The notes beneath the pieces were generated by a model that did no database searches, was not told the origin of the DNA, and saw only the letters and a list, made by a program, of their open reading frames with translations. The position numbers were made by a program, and so were the translations under genes. Of a stretch of 64,000 nucleotides of DNA, positions 1-8,876 are shown one piece after another (positions within the stretch are counted from its first letter, which is position 1; the number at the start of each line of letters is the position of its first letter). Source of the stretch: Aridibacter sp. (GTDB lineage Bacteria > Acidobacteriota > Blastocatellia > Pyrinomonadales > Pyrinomonadaceae); assembly GCA_035513035.1 (NCBI GenBank), contig DATKCW010000011.1, positions 28,893 through 92,892 of the forward strand, in the 5' to 3' direction.

Positions 1-1026
1 CAAGAGAAGCTACGCGAGACGGCGAAGACCGAGTTCGAGAACATCGCATCGAAGCTGCTCGAAACGAAATCGGAGAAGTTCACCGAACTGAACAAGAAGA
101 ACATCGCGGACATACTCGGGCCTTTGGGGAAGGAGATCGAAGGTTTCAAGAAGAGGGTCGAAGAGACCTACGACAAGGAGTCGAAAGAGCGTTTCAGCCT
201 TCAGAAAGAGGTCCAGAGGCTGATCGAGCAGACCGGAAAGGTCAGCCAGGAAGCGAACAATCTTGCCGTCGCGCTCAAGGGACAGGCGAAGGCTCAGGGC
301 GACTGGGGCGAGATGATCCTCGAGCGTGTACTCGAGGTCTCAGGACTCCGGCGCGGTCACGAGTACGACGTACAGGTGAACCTAAAGGCTGAGGACGGCT
401 CAAACCAGAGGCCCGACTTCGTCGTCAACCTGCCCGAAGACAGAAAGCTCGTGATCGATTCAAAGGTCTCGCTTACTGCCTACGAGCGCTTCACCTCCGC
501 CGAGACCGACGAAGAACGCGCGCAGGCGCTAAAAGACCATTTGGCTTCCGTTTCTAACCACATCGACCAGTTGAGCGAGAAAAAATACGATGAGCTGCAG
601 GGCTCGCTCGACTTCGTGTTGCTGTTCGTCGCCATCGAGCCCGCGTATCTTCTCGCGATGCACGAGAGCCCCGAGCTTTGGGCAAAGGCGTATTCGAAGA
701 AGGTGATCCTGACCAGCCCCACGAACCTGATCACCGCCGTGAAGCTGATTGCGGACCTTTGGAAGCGCGAGCTCCAGAGCCGGAACGCGCTCGAGATAGC
801 GAGGCAGGGCCAGGGACTGTACGAGAAGTTCGTAGGATTCCTGACTACGATGGACGAGATCGGGAAACATTTGAACAACTCCCAGCTCGCGTACTCAAAG
901 GCTGTCGGCCAGCTGAAGGAAGGCCGCGGCAACCTGGTCAAACGCGCGGAGGACCTGAAGAAACTGGGGCTGAACACGAAGAAATCACTGCCGGCCTCGA
1001 TGGGGAATTACGACGAGGAGGAATGA
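1..1026 (+). CDS. rmuC: DNA recombination protein RmuC (5-prime end outside window)
   Basis: Frame 1 is open from base 1 into listed ORF 124..1026. Coiled-coil N part, then RmuC nuclease core (QGDWGEMILERVLE, RPDFVVNLPEDRKLVIDSKVSLTAYERF). Confidence 0.85.
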   Translation, partial: QEKLRETAKTEFENIASKLLETKSEKFTELNKKNIADILGPLGKEIEGFKKRVEETYDKESKERFSLQKEVQRLIEQTGKVSQEANNLAVALKGQAKAQGDWGEMILERVLEVSGLRRGHEYDVQVNLKAEDGSNQRPDFVVNLPEDRKLVIDSKVSLTAYERFTSAETDEERAQALKDHLASVSNHIDQLSEKKYDELQGSLDFVLLFVAIEPAYLLAMHESPELWAKAYSKKVILTSPTNLITAVKLIADLWKRELQSRNALEIARQGQGLYEKFVGFLTTMDEIGKHLNNSQLAYSKAVGQLKEGRGNLVKRAEDLKKLGLNTKKSLPASMGNYDEEE

Positions 1027-1028
1027 GA

Positions 1029-1241
1029 AACAAGGATGAAGGGGGGTCGGGGACGAGAAAAAACAGGATGGACAGGATGAGCAGGATTGCGGGGCCTGAC
1101 ACGCAACGTTTCGTGTCTCACTTTGCGGGGAGTCGCATATCCACGATCAAATGCCGACCAAACCTGTGCTGAGGCGAACAGGGATGAAGGGGTTAAGGGG
1201 ATCGGGGAAGAGAAAAACCGGATGGACAGGATAGACAAGAT
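1029..1241 (+). repeat. two ~60 bp direct repeats (GGATGAAGGGG...AACMGGATGGACAGGATRA)
   Basis: 1029-1087 and 1177-1241. The same word occurs at 4945-4990 and, inverted, at 5043-5080. Confidence 0.7.
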
Positions 1242-1288
1242 CACAAGTCCGGGTAGCTAGCGGTCATAGTTCAGATTCGCGAGGAAGA

Positions 1289-2278
1289 TCAGCGTGAAAA
1301 CGCTCCCTCCTCTTTCAGGTCCTTCAGACGCTCCAGGATCGCCTTGATCGTTCCCGATTTGATAAGAGATTCCCAGTGGCCGTCGCCGAAGCGCTCTCCG
1401 CGTACCGCCCCGGTCAGGAGCGTGCGAATGTCGTCGACTCCCGCCGACGCGATGAAGCGCTTGTCTTCCGCCATCCACGGAGCGGACGAACTTGTGTACA
1501 CATAATCCCGCCAGCAATCCTTTGCGGCCTTCCCGAAAAACTCTAAGACCAGCGGATCGTATTCCGGATACGGTACGGTCATCGAGCCGTCCGGGCGCGT
1601 CTCGCCGCCGAACCAACGGGGCGTGTGGACAAAACCTTCCGCATAAAGCCTTGGGAGGTAACCCGTCAGTTCGTCCGCATCGCGCGCTGTCGGATACGGC
1701 CGCGCAAATTCCTCGTATTTCTTACCTTCTTCGTAAGACCGTATGAAGGATTCCTGCTCGGCCGTCTCTACCATTCCTTTCCTCGCCTGCCTCACGATCC
1801 GGATCGCCTCATCGCCTTTGATCGATCCGCCGGCGGCGGCGACAACAATGCACGCGGCGGTCATCCCTGTGCGGCCCAGTCCGCCTTTGCAGTGCACCGC
1901 GATGCGTTTCTTTTCCCTCAGACGGTCGGCGAGCTTGTCGGTCAGCCTGTAGAATTGCTCGGGGCTCGAAGGCAGCGAAACGTCCTTTATGGGGAACCGG
2001 ATCAGGACGATACCTTCATTCAGGCACATCTCAAAGAGGCCGCCGATCTGAAGTTCCCGCAGTTCGTGTTCTTCTATCAACGAAACAAGCGTCGTTGTTT
2101 GGTATCGCCCGCGAAGCCGCTTCAGGTCGGTTCTAAGGTCCCTGTGCCAGGGGCCGGACATCGCATCGCGCTGTTTCTTCCCGGGCGCGAAGGTCATTCC
2201 GAGGTTGTTCAGCATTGGAAACCGGGGCACTTCCAGAAAATCGACCCGGATGGGATGTGTTTCGGAAGTTCTCGGCAT
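1289..2278 (-). CDS. Cys-based protein phosphatase (dual-specificity/CDKN3-like) fused to an uncharacterised ~150 aa C-terminal domain
   Basis: 329 aa ORF with P-loop VHCKGGLGRTG (HCx5R, Cys130). Its start shares one base with the upstream stop (TGATG at 2276-2280). Confidence 0.7.
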   Translation of the reverse strand: MPRTSETHPIRVDFLEVPRFPMLNNLGMTFAPGKKQRDAMSGPWHRDLRTDLKRLRGRYQTTTLVSLIEEHELRELQIGGLFEMCLNEGIVLIRFPIKDVSLPSSPEQFYRLTDKLADRLREKKRIAVHCKGGLGRTGMTAACIVVAAAGGSIKGDEAIRIVRQARKGMVETAEQESFIRSYEEGKKYEEFARPYPTARDADELTGYLPRLYAEGFVHTPRWFGGETRPDGSMTVPYPEYDPLVLEFFGKAAKDCWRDYVYTSSSAPWMAEDKRFIASAGVDDIRTLLTGAVRGERFGDGHWESLIKSGTIKAILERLKDLKEEGAFSR

Positions 2279-2892
2279 CAGTCATACCTTTCAAGCTCTT
2301 CCGGATCCAGGTCAAGCCAGCTTGCTTCCATCTCGACCGGCCCGCCAAAATCGTTCATTCTGATACCCATGCTGACGAAGCTCGCGAGCCTTGCCGCCTT
2401 CCTGCTTATCTCCGGGTTCGTGAGCCGCTCAGTTTCCGGCGCTGTGGCAAGGAGAAGGCTTTTCGTAATGTAGACCTTGTTCTCCGGACCTACGTCGAAG
2501 ATCCCCGTCCCTATGTATCCCTTGTCGTCAGCACTGTAGAAGACCTTTTCGTAGTTTCCTGTCCCGACCAACTCGCGGATGTCGGCGATCGCGCGATCGA
2601 TCAACTCCGTAAAGTGCTCGTCGATCCCCTGGAATCCGCGGCCGGCGGAGCCGGTCGGGATGCCCGCCGCCCTTGGCGGGTCTTCGCACTGGCACGGACG
2701 GATGACGGCGTTGCCGCCTCCTTCCGTGCACGCCCAGGGCGGTCGCGGATCGGACCGGAACGCTAGGAACTGTTCCTTATTGTCGTTGAAAATGAACAGC
2801 GCGTCGGAGTGCTCCGGCCGTTCGATCATCCATCGAAAGTCGCCGAATTCGCCCGGACGGCGAAACGTCACGCCGGTCAGCTCAACGCTCAT
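2278..2892 (-). CDS. conserved hypothetical protein, first gene of a two-gene cassette with the phosphatase
   Basis: 204 aa ORF. Motifs FIFNDN, EGGGNAVIR and AAGIPTG are reminiscent of macro/SLOG-type nucleotide-binding loops but are not diagnostic. Its stop overlaps the next start. Confidence 0.6.
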   Translation of the reverse strand: MSVELTGVTFRRPGEFGDFRWMIERPEHSDALFIFNDNKEQFLAFRSDPRPPWACTEGGGNAVIRPCQCEDPPRAAGIPTGSAGRGFQGIDEHFTELIDRAIADIRELVGTGNYEKVFYSADDKGYIGTGIFDVGPENKVYITKSLLLATAPETERLTNPEISRKAARLASFVSMGIRMNDFGGPVEMEASWLDLDPEELERYD

Positions 2893-3169
2893 TGGTCTCC
2901 TGAATTGAAGTTAGTGGTTCGGGATAGCCATAAACATATCCTCAAAGAACTTGTAGAAGCAAGAAAATTGTTACAAGCAAAAGCGTTATGGCCGGAAGGA
3001 CAAAACAGCCGGCGCATCCGGAATGCGCCTCGTCGTGCTCATACGCGGCATAGAAGACCTCCGTGTCGTCTTCGGGATCGGGTTCTTCGAACATGTTCTG
3101 ATAATGGCTCTGTGAGGAGCAAAACGGAAGTGCGGGAAACGGACCGGGGGAATCCTCTTTGTACGACAA

Positions 3170-3410
3170 GCTTCAGCTTGTCGCCCGCACCGTGAGGACT
3201 GAGAGAAAAGGACTGAGGACTGAGACCGAGTGCGAGCGGCTCTGACCGTGTTGACTGGAGCGCAGGCAGCCTTGCCTGCACTGAGCGCGAAGCGCGAACT
3301 GTACGATAAGCTTCAGCTTGTCGCCCGCTGAAAGGCGGGAAAGAACGGGAAACAGATTATCACAGATGGATTTTGGGATTCGTGTTTTCTGTGTCCTTTC
3401 TTGATTCCGT
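3170..3410 (+). repeat. ~240 bp composite repeat (copy with 55 bp internal insertion)
   Basis: Collinear with 12308-12520: TGTACGAYAAGCTTCAGCTTGTCGCCCGC, GAGGACTGAGAGAAAAGGACTGAGGACTGA, CGAACTGTACGATAAGCTTCAGCTTGTCGCCCGC, GATGGATTTTGGGAT, CTGTGTCCTTT. Confidence 0.8.
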
Positions 3411-3436
3411 GCGATTCGGAGATATGATTAGCGGGT

Positions 3437-3531
3437 GCCGCCGCTACGCGGCTCAGGATCCCGGGGGCGCCGCTTCCCGTGGGTTCCGCTTCGCTCCACC
3501 CACGGCTAAAAGCAGGTCGCCCCTGCGGGGC
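3437..3531 (+). repeat. three-hairpin ~95 nt interspersed element (copy 1)
   Basis: GCCGC-TAC-GCGGC ... CCGTGGGT-N-ACCCACGG-CTAAAAGCA-GCCCC-TGC-GGGGC. Confidence 0.7.
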
Positions 3532-3667
3532 TCTTCCGGACTCCTGTCTCCTGACTTCTGAGTTCTTTAGGTTATGTCGCCTGCTTCGCAGGCTCGATCG
3601 TTTGCCCGGCATCCTCCACGTTCCGCTTCGCTCCACGTTGAGCTGGATGATGGCGCCTGCTTCGCAG

Positions 3668-3826
3668 ACTCGATAGACGCGACAGACCCGATAGACTCGA
3701 TAGACCCGACAGACCCGATAGACTCATTCCGTCGGCGCTTTTCGCTTCGCTCAATGCGGGCAGGCTGCCCGCGCTCCAGTCACCAGACCCGATAGTCTCG
3801 ATAGACTCCCGACTCAACGGACTCAC
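3668..3826 (-). repeat. nonamer minisatellite (inverted orientation) split by a 45 bp word
   Basis: GACTCGATAGACGCGACAGACCCGATAGAC... The interrupting word CGCTTCGCTCAATGCGGGCAGGCTGCCCGCGCTCCAGTC (3738-3782) recurs at 24558-24600 and, inverted, at 29948-29992 and 3246-3295. Confidence 0.75.
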
Positions 3827-3827
3827 C

Positions 3828-3852
3828 GGGCGGGCACAGGTTCCGCCCCTAC
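3828..3852 (-). repeat. GTAG-REP hairpin
   Basis: Reverse complement GTAGGGGCGGAACCTGTGCCCGCCC. Confidence 0.7.
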
Positions 3853-3857
3853 ATGAA

Positions 3858-4721
3858 CTAGTAAAGCACCGAAGGAGTGTACGCTCCCTTCGGTTTCGAA
3901 TACTCGCCCATCACCATCAGCGAGAGCGGCATCACGACCTTGAGTCCGGCATTCAGGCACCAACGGAAGAGGTCCGAACGGCGGGTCGGAAGGAGGAATC
4001 GCACGGGCTCGCCTGTTAGTTCGCCTGCTCCCGCGATTAGGTCTTCAAGATCAGAATCGGTTTCCGCGACCGAGTGGTTCAGGTGCCACGATCCCGGAGC
4101 CGACATATATCCGACGATGCGGGCGTCGCGCTCGGCGACCACCGACGGAAATGCTCCAAGGAAACTCGCGAGTTCCCTCTTGCGGGTGAATCCGGTAACC
4201 GAGCGGCCGATCTCCCCGCACGCTTCAAGATCACCTTCTTCCATTTGCCGGACGACCGTTTCCCGCCTGCGGACGTTGGCCGGTTTGCCTTCCACGATCA
4301 CGAGCGGATCGACGATGTCGAATCCAAGCCTTGTGTAAAGCGACATCGAAGCCGAATTGTAGGCCGCCTGAACCAGGCGGATCCCCGGCGCGTCCTTGCC
4401 TCTTTCGATTACGGCTTCCATAAGCTTGCGGCCCGCGCCTTTCGCCTGGACCGACGGGTCCACGGTGATCGGGCCGACGCCTTTGATATCGTCGTGCTCC
4501 CAAAGAAAGTTCGAGCCGACGAATTTGCCGTCGATCTCTGCCGCAACACCGTAGATGTCGGGGCTGCCGATCGCCATCTCGGCGAAGCCTTCCGCCGATC
4601 CAACATCGGGAAAGTCGTACGGGAAGTTATGCCTGCCGGCGATCCCCGCGAATGCTTCGTACAGGATCCGCCCGCACTCGGGGGCGTCTTCTTGTGTGAT
4701 CTCTCTTATTTGCATCTTCAT
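3858..4721 (-). CDS. GNAT family N-acetyltransferase (two GNAT-like halves)
   Basis: Listed ORF 3858..4949 trimmed to MKMQIREITQED (ATG 4719-4721; alternative ATG 4713-4715 has better spacing to GGAG). The upstream 76 codons are translated repeat DNA. Acetyl-CoA loop-like QAKGAGRKLMEAV. Confidence 0.8.
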   Translation of the reverse strand: MKMQIREITQEDAPECGRILYEAFAGIAGRHNFPYDFPDVGSAEGFAEMAIGSPDIYGVAAEIDGKFVGSNFLWEHDDIKGVGPITVDPSVQAKGAGRKLMEAVIERGKDAPGIRLVQAAYNSASMSLYTRLGFDIVDPLVIVEGKPANVRRRETVVRQMEEGDLEACGEIGRSVTGFTRKRELASFLGAFPSVVAERDARIVGYMSAPGSWHLNHSVAETDSDLEDLIAGAGELTGEPVRFLLPTRRSDLFRWCLNAGLKVVMPLSLMVMGEYSKPKGAYTPSVLY

Positions 4722-5307
4722 TTCTCCACTTCTGGCGGTTGTCGAATTTGAACGCGCGGTGATAACGGGAAAGATGTCAACGGAGCAGGGAGCAGAGGCG
4801 TATGATACCGACATCCGCCGCGGGTGCCAAGGAAAAAAGAAGGACAAGGAACAACACGGATGGATCTTGGGATCCGTGTCGCGGCGAGAGTCGTGTTTTC
4901 CGGTTGTCCGATAAGCTTCAGCTTGTCGCCCGCCGTCAGGCGGGAACACGGGAAGAGACAGGATGGACAGGATAATCAGGATGATATCGCCGATGTTCAG
5001 AATGTCTCCGGGTAACCGGCAGCGTCAAAATTCAGAAGCGGTGATCCTGCCTAATCTGTCCATCTTGTTTCCTCTTCATTCTGTCATTAAAGAAGTCCCT
5101 GCGGTGTTATGCAGAAAAGACCGCCCGACGGGAGAACAGAGTCCGGCTTCGGCATCGCCGTAGGCAGACCGCGGACCCGGATTCCCGTCGGCGGAAGAAA
5201 CCAAGGACAAAGCAAATCACTGGTGTAACGGTCCCTAAAACATTTGAAGGGATTGGGATCCCGACCGGCTCACACGCGCCGGGCACAGGAAACGAACAGG
5301 AGAAACT

Positions 5308-5991
5308 ATGAAGTATATGAAACAGGCGATCTTCGCCCTTGCGCTCGCCGCTTTCGCGATCGCGGCTTCGGCTGCGACAGCCGCGGCGCAGGACAATTAC
5401 AGATCCGAAGCACGTAACGTCTCCGGATTCACGGGCGTAGACATCGGCGGAGCGATGGAAGCCGAGATTACCGTCGGCGGAAGCTACGAGGTGATCATCG
5501 AGGCGAAGGAGGACGTGCTTCCGAGGATCATCACCGAGGTTCGCAACGGAAGCCTCGTCGTCAAACACGACAAAGCGTGGAAAGAGAAGACGGACTGGAA
5601 GCAAAGGGGCAAGGTCAAGGTAACGGTTTCGCTTCCGACGCTCGACAATCTCGATATCTCCGGCGCTTCGGCCGCGAAGGTGACCGGCGTCAACAGCGAC
5701 AAGATCGACATCGACGTCAGCGGAGCGTCTTCGGTCTCGATCGACGGGAGCGCGCGGAGCGCGACGATCGACATCAGCGGCGCCTCGAATATAAAGGCGA
5801 TCGGATTCACGACCGACACGGCGGACATCGACGCGAGCGGCGCGAGCAGTATCAAGCTGAACGTCGTCAGCGATCTTCGGGCGGACGCTTCGGGAGCCAG
5901 CAGTGTGTGTTACGGAGGGAGCCCGAGGGTCCAGAAGGACACGTCAGGATCGGCTTCGGTAAGCGGCGGCTGCGGGGCAGTTGCTCAATAA
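5308..5991 (+). CDS. secreted DUF2807 / head-GIN (putative adhesin-like beta-helix) protein
   Basis: Signal peptide MKYMKQAIFALALAAFAIAASA, repeated ISGAS/VSGAS/ASGAS beta-helix rungs, AGGAGA RBS upstream. Confidence 0.75.
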   Translation: MKYMKQAIFALALAAFAIAASAATAAAQDNYRSEARNVSGFTGVDIGGAMEAEITVGGSYEVIIEAKEDVLPRIITEVRNGSLVVKHDKAWKEKTDWKQRGKVKVTVSLPTLDNLDISGASAAKVTGVNSDKIDIDVSGASSVSIDGSARSATIDISGASNIKAIGFTTDTADIDASGASSIKLNVVSDLRADASGASSVCYGGSPRVQKDTSGSASVSGGCGAVAQ

Positions 5992-6276
5992 TCATCGAAG
6001 AGTATCAACCGCAGAGGGCGCAGAGGGTTGAACCGCAGAGCACGCAGAGAGCGCAGAGATTTTTTGGGCACGCGAGCCCGCGCATTAAGAATCCCGATTC
6101 GACCTAAAGGACCGTAAAAGGATATTCGCTGGTCGGAGACTACCGCTAATAGAATTCCCCGTCGAAAGTCATTTCGACCGACTAACACAATCCCAAAAAC
6201 CCTCTGCGTTCTCTGCGCCCTCTGCGGTTTAAATCTCTTTACGCTCTTGCGTGTTCAAACGGATTCATCGAAATCA

Positions 6277-6870
6277 CTAACACCCGTTGTGTTTCTTCCA
6301 CATTTCCGGGTCGTGGCCCTCGGGGATGTTCTTGCACGGATCGCCCGAACCGTAGCCCCGCAGCTCGTTGTACTTATTAATCTGTTCGGCAGTGAGGATG
6401 CTGGGCGTCTTCAGATGCGCGGACAGATGGACGAACCGCAGGCGGCTTCGAACCTCGCCGATCTTCAAAAGCTTCTCTTCCAGATTCTTCGCGTTGACCA
6501 ACTTCTTTGTGTATAGCTCGTCCAGTTCCTTTTCAAGCTCGATCAGCTCCACGCCGAGCGGTATCGCAGCGGACCTCATCTCTTCAAAGAGGTTCTTGAT
6601 CTCGGTTTGCTGGGCCGCGGTGAGACCGATCTTGTCCTTCATCTCAAGAAGGTGGCTCGGGCCGGGGTAGCCGTTCAGTTCGGCAGCTTTCGCGAGACCC
6701 CAGCCTTTCCCGTTCTTCAACTCCTCAATGTCCTCTGCCGAGAGGCTCTTGATATCGCGCGATTCCTGGCCGGCATATTTTGAAACATCCTGCGGCAGCG
6801 CCCACGATAAAAATAGCGAGACGCAAAAAGCTACCAGAAGGGCATTGAACCCGAAATTTGTTCTTCTCAT
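6277..6870 (-). CDS. periplasmic Spy/CpxP-like helical protein
   Basis: 197 aa with signal peptide. Helical LTAAQQ/LTAEQ motifs as in Spy/CpxP/ZraP-type periplasmic proteins. Confidence 0.55.
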   Translation of the reverse strand: MRRTNFGFNALLVAFCVSLFLSWALPQDVSKYAGQESRDIKSLSAEDIEELKNGKGWGLAKAAELNGYPGPSHLLEMKDKIGLTAAQQTEIKNLFEEMRSAAIPLGVELIELEKELDELYTKKLVNAKNLEEKLLKIGEVRSRLRFVHLSAHLKTPSILTAEQINKYNELRGYGSGDPCKNIPEGHDPEMWKKHNGC

Positions 6871-6986
6871 GTTTTGCCTCTGGATTATTATAGTGATGCC
6901 GTCGCGTTCATTCCCTTGTAATCTAATTTCTCTTGGAGACCGAGTGTTGACGCCTCTTGTTGGAGACTTTCAATAGCGATCAAATT

Positions 6987-8411
6987 ATGCAAAAGATAAC
7001 AAAAACCAATTTTATTCAGTACCTTAGTTGTCCGCGCGAGTTCTGGATGAAGTTCAACCATCCTGCCAAGCTCCCTTCGCCCACCCTTGATGAGCAGTTC
7101 CGTATGAAACAGGGTTACGAGGTAGAGAACGCGGTGCGGCGGCTTCTCACTCAGAGGGGAGACAGACCGTACGATTTTCAAAGGTTTGTCTTCGACGGTG
7201 ACCTTGCGGCAAGGATCGATGCCCTCGCTGAGAAACCGGACGGATCGCACGAAATTATCGAGGTGAAATCGATAAAGTCCATCCCCGAAGACGCTCCGGG
7301 CAGGACAAAGAAGCTGGAAGAATATATGTACGATCTGGCTTTCCAGCTTTACGTCGCGCGCAATTCGGGCCTGAACATCACCTCGGTTGCACTCGCAACC
7401 CTTAACCGTGACTTCGTGCTCGGCGACGAACTTGATCTTGAGCAGCTCATAGCGTTTGAAGACCACACGGAGGCCGTAGAAGTGCTGCAGCAGGATGTCG
7501 AATCGCTGATCAGCGCGGCGCGGGAGTATCTGATCACAGGTCCCGGCGATGACTTTGAGAACTTGTGCGGCGACAAACTGAAATGTGTTTACTTTGAAAA
7601 CTTTGTGCCCGGCCTGCCGCACCCGAACATCTTCAACCTGCCGAGGATAACCGAGAAGCGGCTTGATCCTCTTATTTCGCAAGGCATTCTGGCCATCAGC
7701 GACATCCCTCCGGACGCGTCGCTTACGGACAGTCAGTGGGATTGGGTCCGTTTCAAACTCTCTGAAGAAAAACAGATCGACAAGGAAGCTATCGACGAAG
7801 CGCTCGACTTGGAGTATCCTCTGTATTTCCTGGACTATGAGGCCGCAAATCCGGCGATCCCCGTGATCAAGGGCATGTCGCCATACCAGCAGATCACCTT
7901 CCAGTATTCGGTGCACATCCGAAATGCGCCCGGCGAAGAACCGGTGCCTTTCGGCTTCCTTTCCGACGGCAGCGACGAACCGACCAGAAGCGTCGCAGAG
8001 GAACTTTCCCGGGTCATCGGCGACACGGGTAATGTGGTCGTTTGGTTTGAGAGATTTGAGAAAGAAAGGAATGCGGAGATGGCCGCACTGTATCCGGAGT
8101 TCGAGGCCTTTATGACCTCGGTCAACGAACGCGTGTTCGATCTATACGAAGTATTCAACAAAGGACTTTACAAGGATCCGGGTATGGCGAACAACAAACT
8201 GAAGACGGTTCTGCCGACGCTTGTTCCCGAACTAAGTTATTCGGAACTGGACATCAGGAACGGCGGCGTGGCTTCGGTCAGATGGTTCGAGGATGTCTTT
8301 CGCGGAGACGACCAGGAGCGAAAGCGGCTGACGCTCGAGAGCCTCAGGGAATACTGCGCCCTCGATACGCTGGCGATGGTGAGGATAATGGATTACCTGG
8401 CGGCATTGTAA
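6987..8411 (+). CDS. DUF2779 domain protein (PD-(D/E)xK-like N part plus RNase H-like exonuclease part)
   Basis: ORF 6957..8411 trimmed to the first ATG (MQKITKTNFIQYLSCPREFW). YFLDYEAANPAIP...FQYSVH is typical of DUF2779. Confidence 0.7.
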   Translation: MQKITKTNFIQYLSCPREFWMKFNHPAKLPSPTLDEQFRMKQGYEVENAVRRLLTQRGDRPYDFQRFVFDGDLAARIDALAEKPDGSHEIIEVKSIKSIPEDAPGRTKKLEEYMYDLAFQLYVARNSGLNITSVALATLNRDFVLGDELDLEQLIAFEDHTEAVEVLQQDVESLISAAREYLITGPGDDFENLCGDKLKCVYFENFVPGLPHPNIFNLPRITEKRLDPLISQGILAISDIPPDASLTDSQWDWVRFKLSEEKQIDKEAIDEALDLEYPLYFLDYEAANPAIPVIKGMSPYQQITFQYSVHIRNAPGEEPVPFGFLSDGSDEPTRSVAEELSRVIGDTGNVVVWFERFEKERNAEMAALYPEFEAFMTSVNERVFDLYEVFNKGLYKDPGMANNKLKTVLPTLVPELSYSELDIRNGGVASVRWFEDVFRGDDQERKRLTLESLREYCALDTLAMVRIMDYLAAL

Positions 8412-8456
8412 AACGTCCGTCTTTTTTCGGAGCGACTCCGCTCTTCGTATATCATT

Positions 8457-8548
8457 CCACCGCTACGCGGCTCCTAATCAGTTTGGTCACCTTCCCCGGG
8501 GTTCCGCTTCGCTCCACCCACGGCAAAGGCAGGTCGCCCCTGCGGGGC
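8457..8548 (+). repeat. three-hairpin element (copy 2, degenerate hairpin 2)
   Basis: Same order of motifs. The 5-prime arm of hairpin 2 is altered (CCCCGGGGTT). Confidence 0.6.
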
Positions 8549-8587
8549 CCGCGACCTCTGACATTTGAAATTTGCGATCTGGAATCG

Positions 8588-8876
8588 GTCTCCAGTGTCC
8601 GGTCTCCGGTCTCCCGTCTCAGGTTATCGGTCTCCAGTCTCCGGTTTTCTGTCTTCTGACCCCGTATTTCCGTCTTGCCCGTCGCTTGCGCTCCGGTTTC
8701 CGATCGTGCCGCCGCTAACGCGGCTCAGGAATGTGGGGATCGGTCCCCGTGGGTTTCGCTTCGCTCCACCCACGGCTAAAGGCAGGTCGCCCCTTCGGGG
8801 CTTTTCCTGTCTCCTGTTTTCTGTCTTCTGATTTCTGACTCCTGACTTCTGACTCCTGTCTTCTGACTCCTGACTT
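8588..8876 (+). repeat. two heptamer runs flanking element copy 3
   Basis: GGTCTCC-type run 8588-8659 and TGACTCC/TGTCTTC-type run 8806-8876. Confidence 0.7.
8707..8801 (+). repeat. three-hairpin element (copy 3)
   Basis: Near-identical to copy 4, including ~30 bp of upstream leader (8676-8706). Confidence 0.75.

Noticed and set aside
2942-3169. Small ORF with a C-terminal hydrophobic tail (possible 50 aa tail-anchored protein from ATG 3094)
   Set aside because: The coding-like acidic N part and TM tail are suggestive. However, there is no RBS, the upstream part runs into a repeat word, and I have no conservation evidence. It is left uncalled.
3858-4949. N-terminal extensions of listed ORFs into repeat DNA (also 15218..16456, 27089..28405, 30473..32227, 32694..34049, 53184..54242, 54562..54993, 61779..62270)
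   Set aside because: The extensions translate repeat words or overlap the upstream gene. Internal Met codons coincide with the conserved family N termini and in most cases with an RBS.
5992-6276. Possible small RNA or protein in the CTCTGCG-word region (ORFs 5577..6107, 5985..6188)
   Set aside because: The sequence is inverted CTCTGCG/CGCAGAG heptamer words, also seen at 20625-20650 and 62575-62610. The translations are periodic (QRAQR, LRSLRALR). It is treated as another repeat family.
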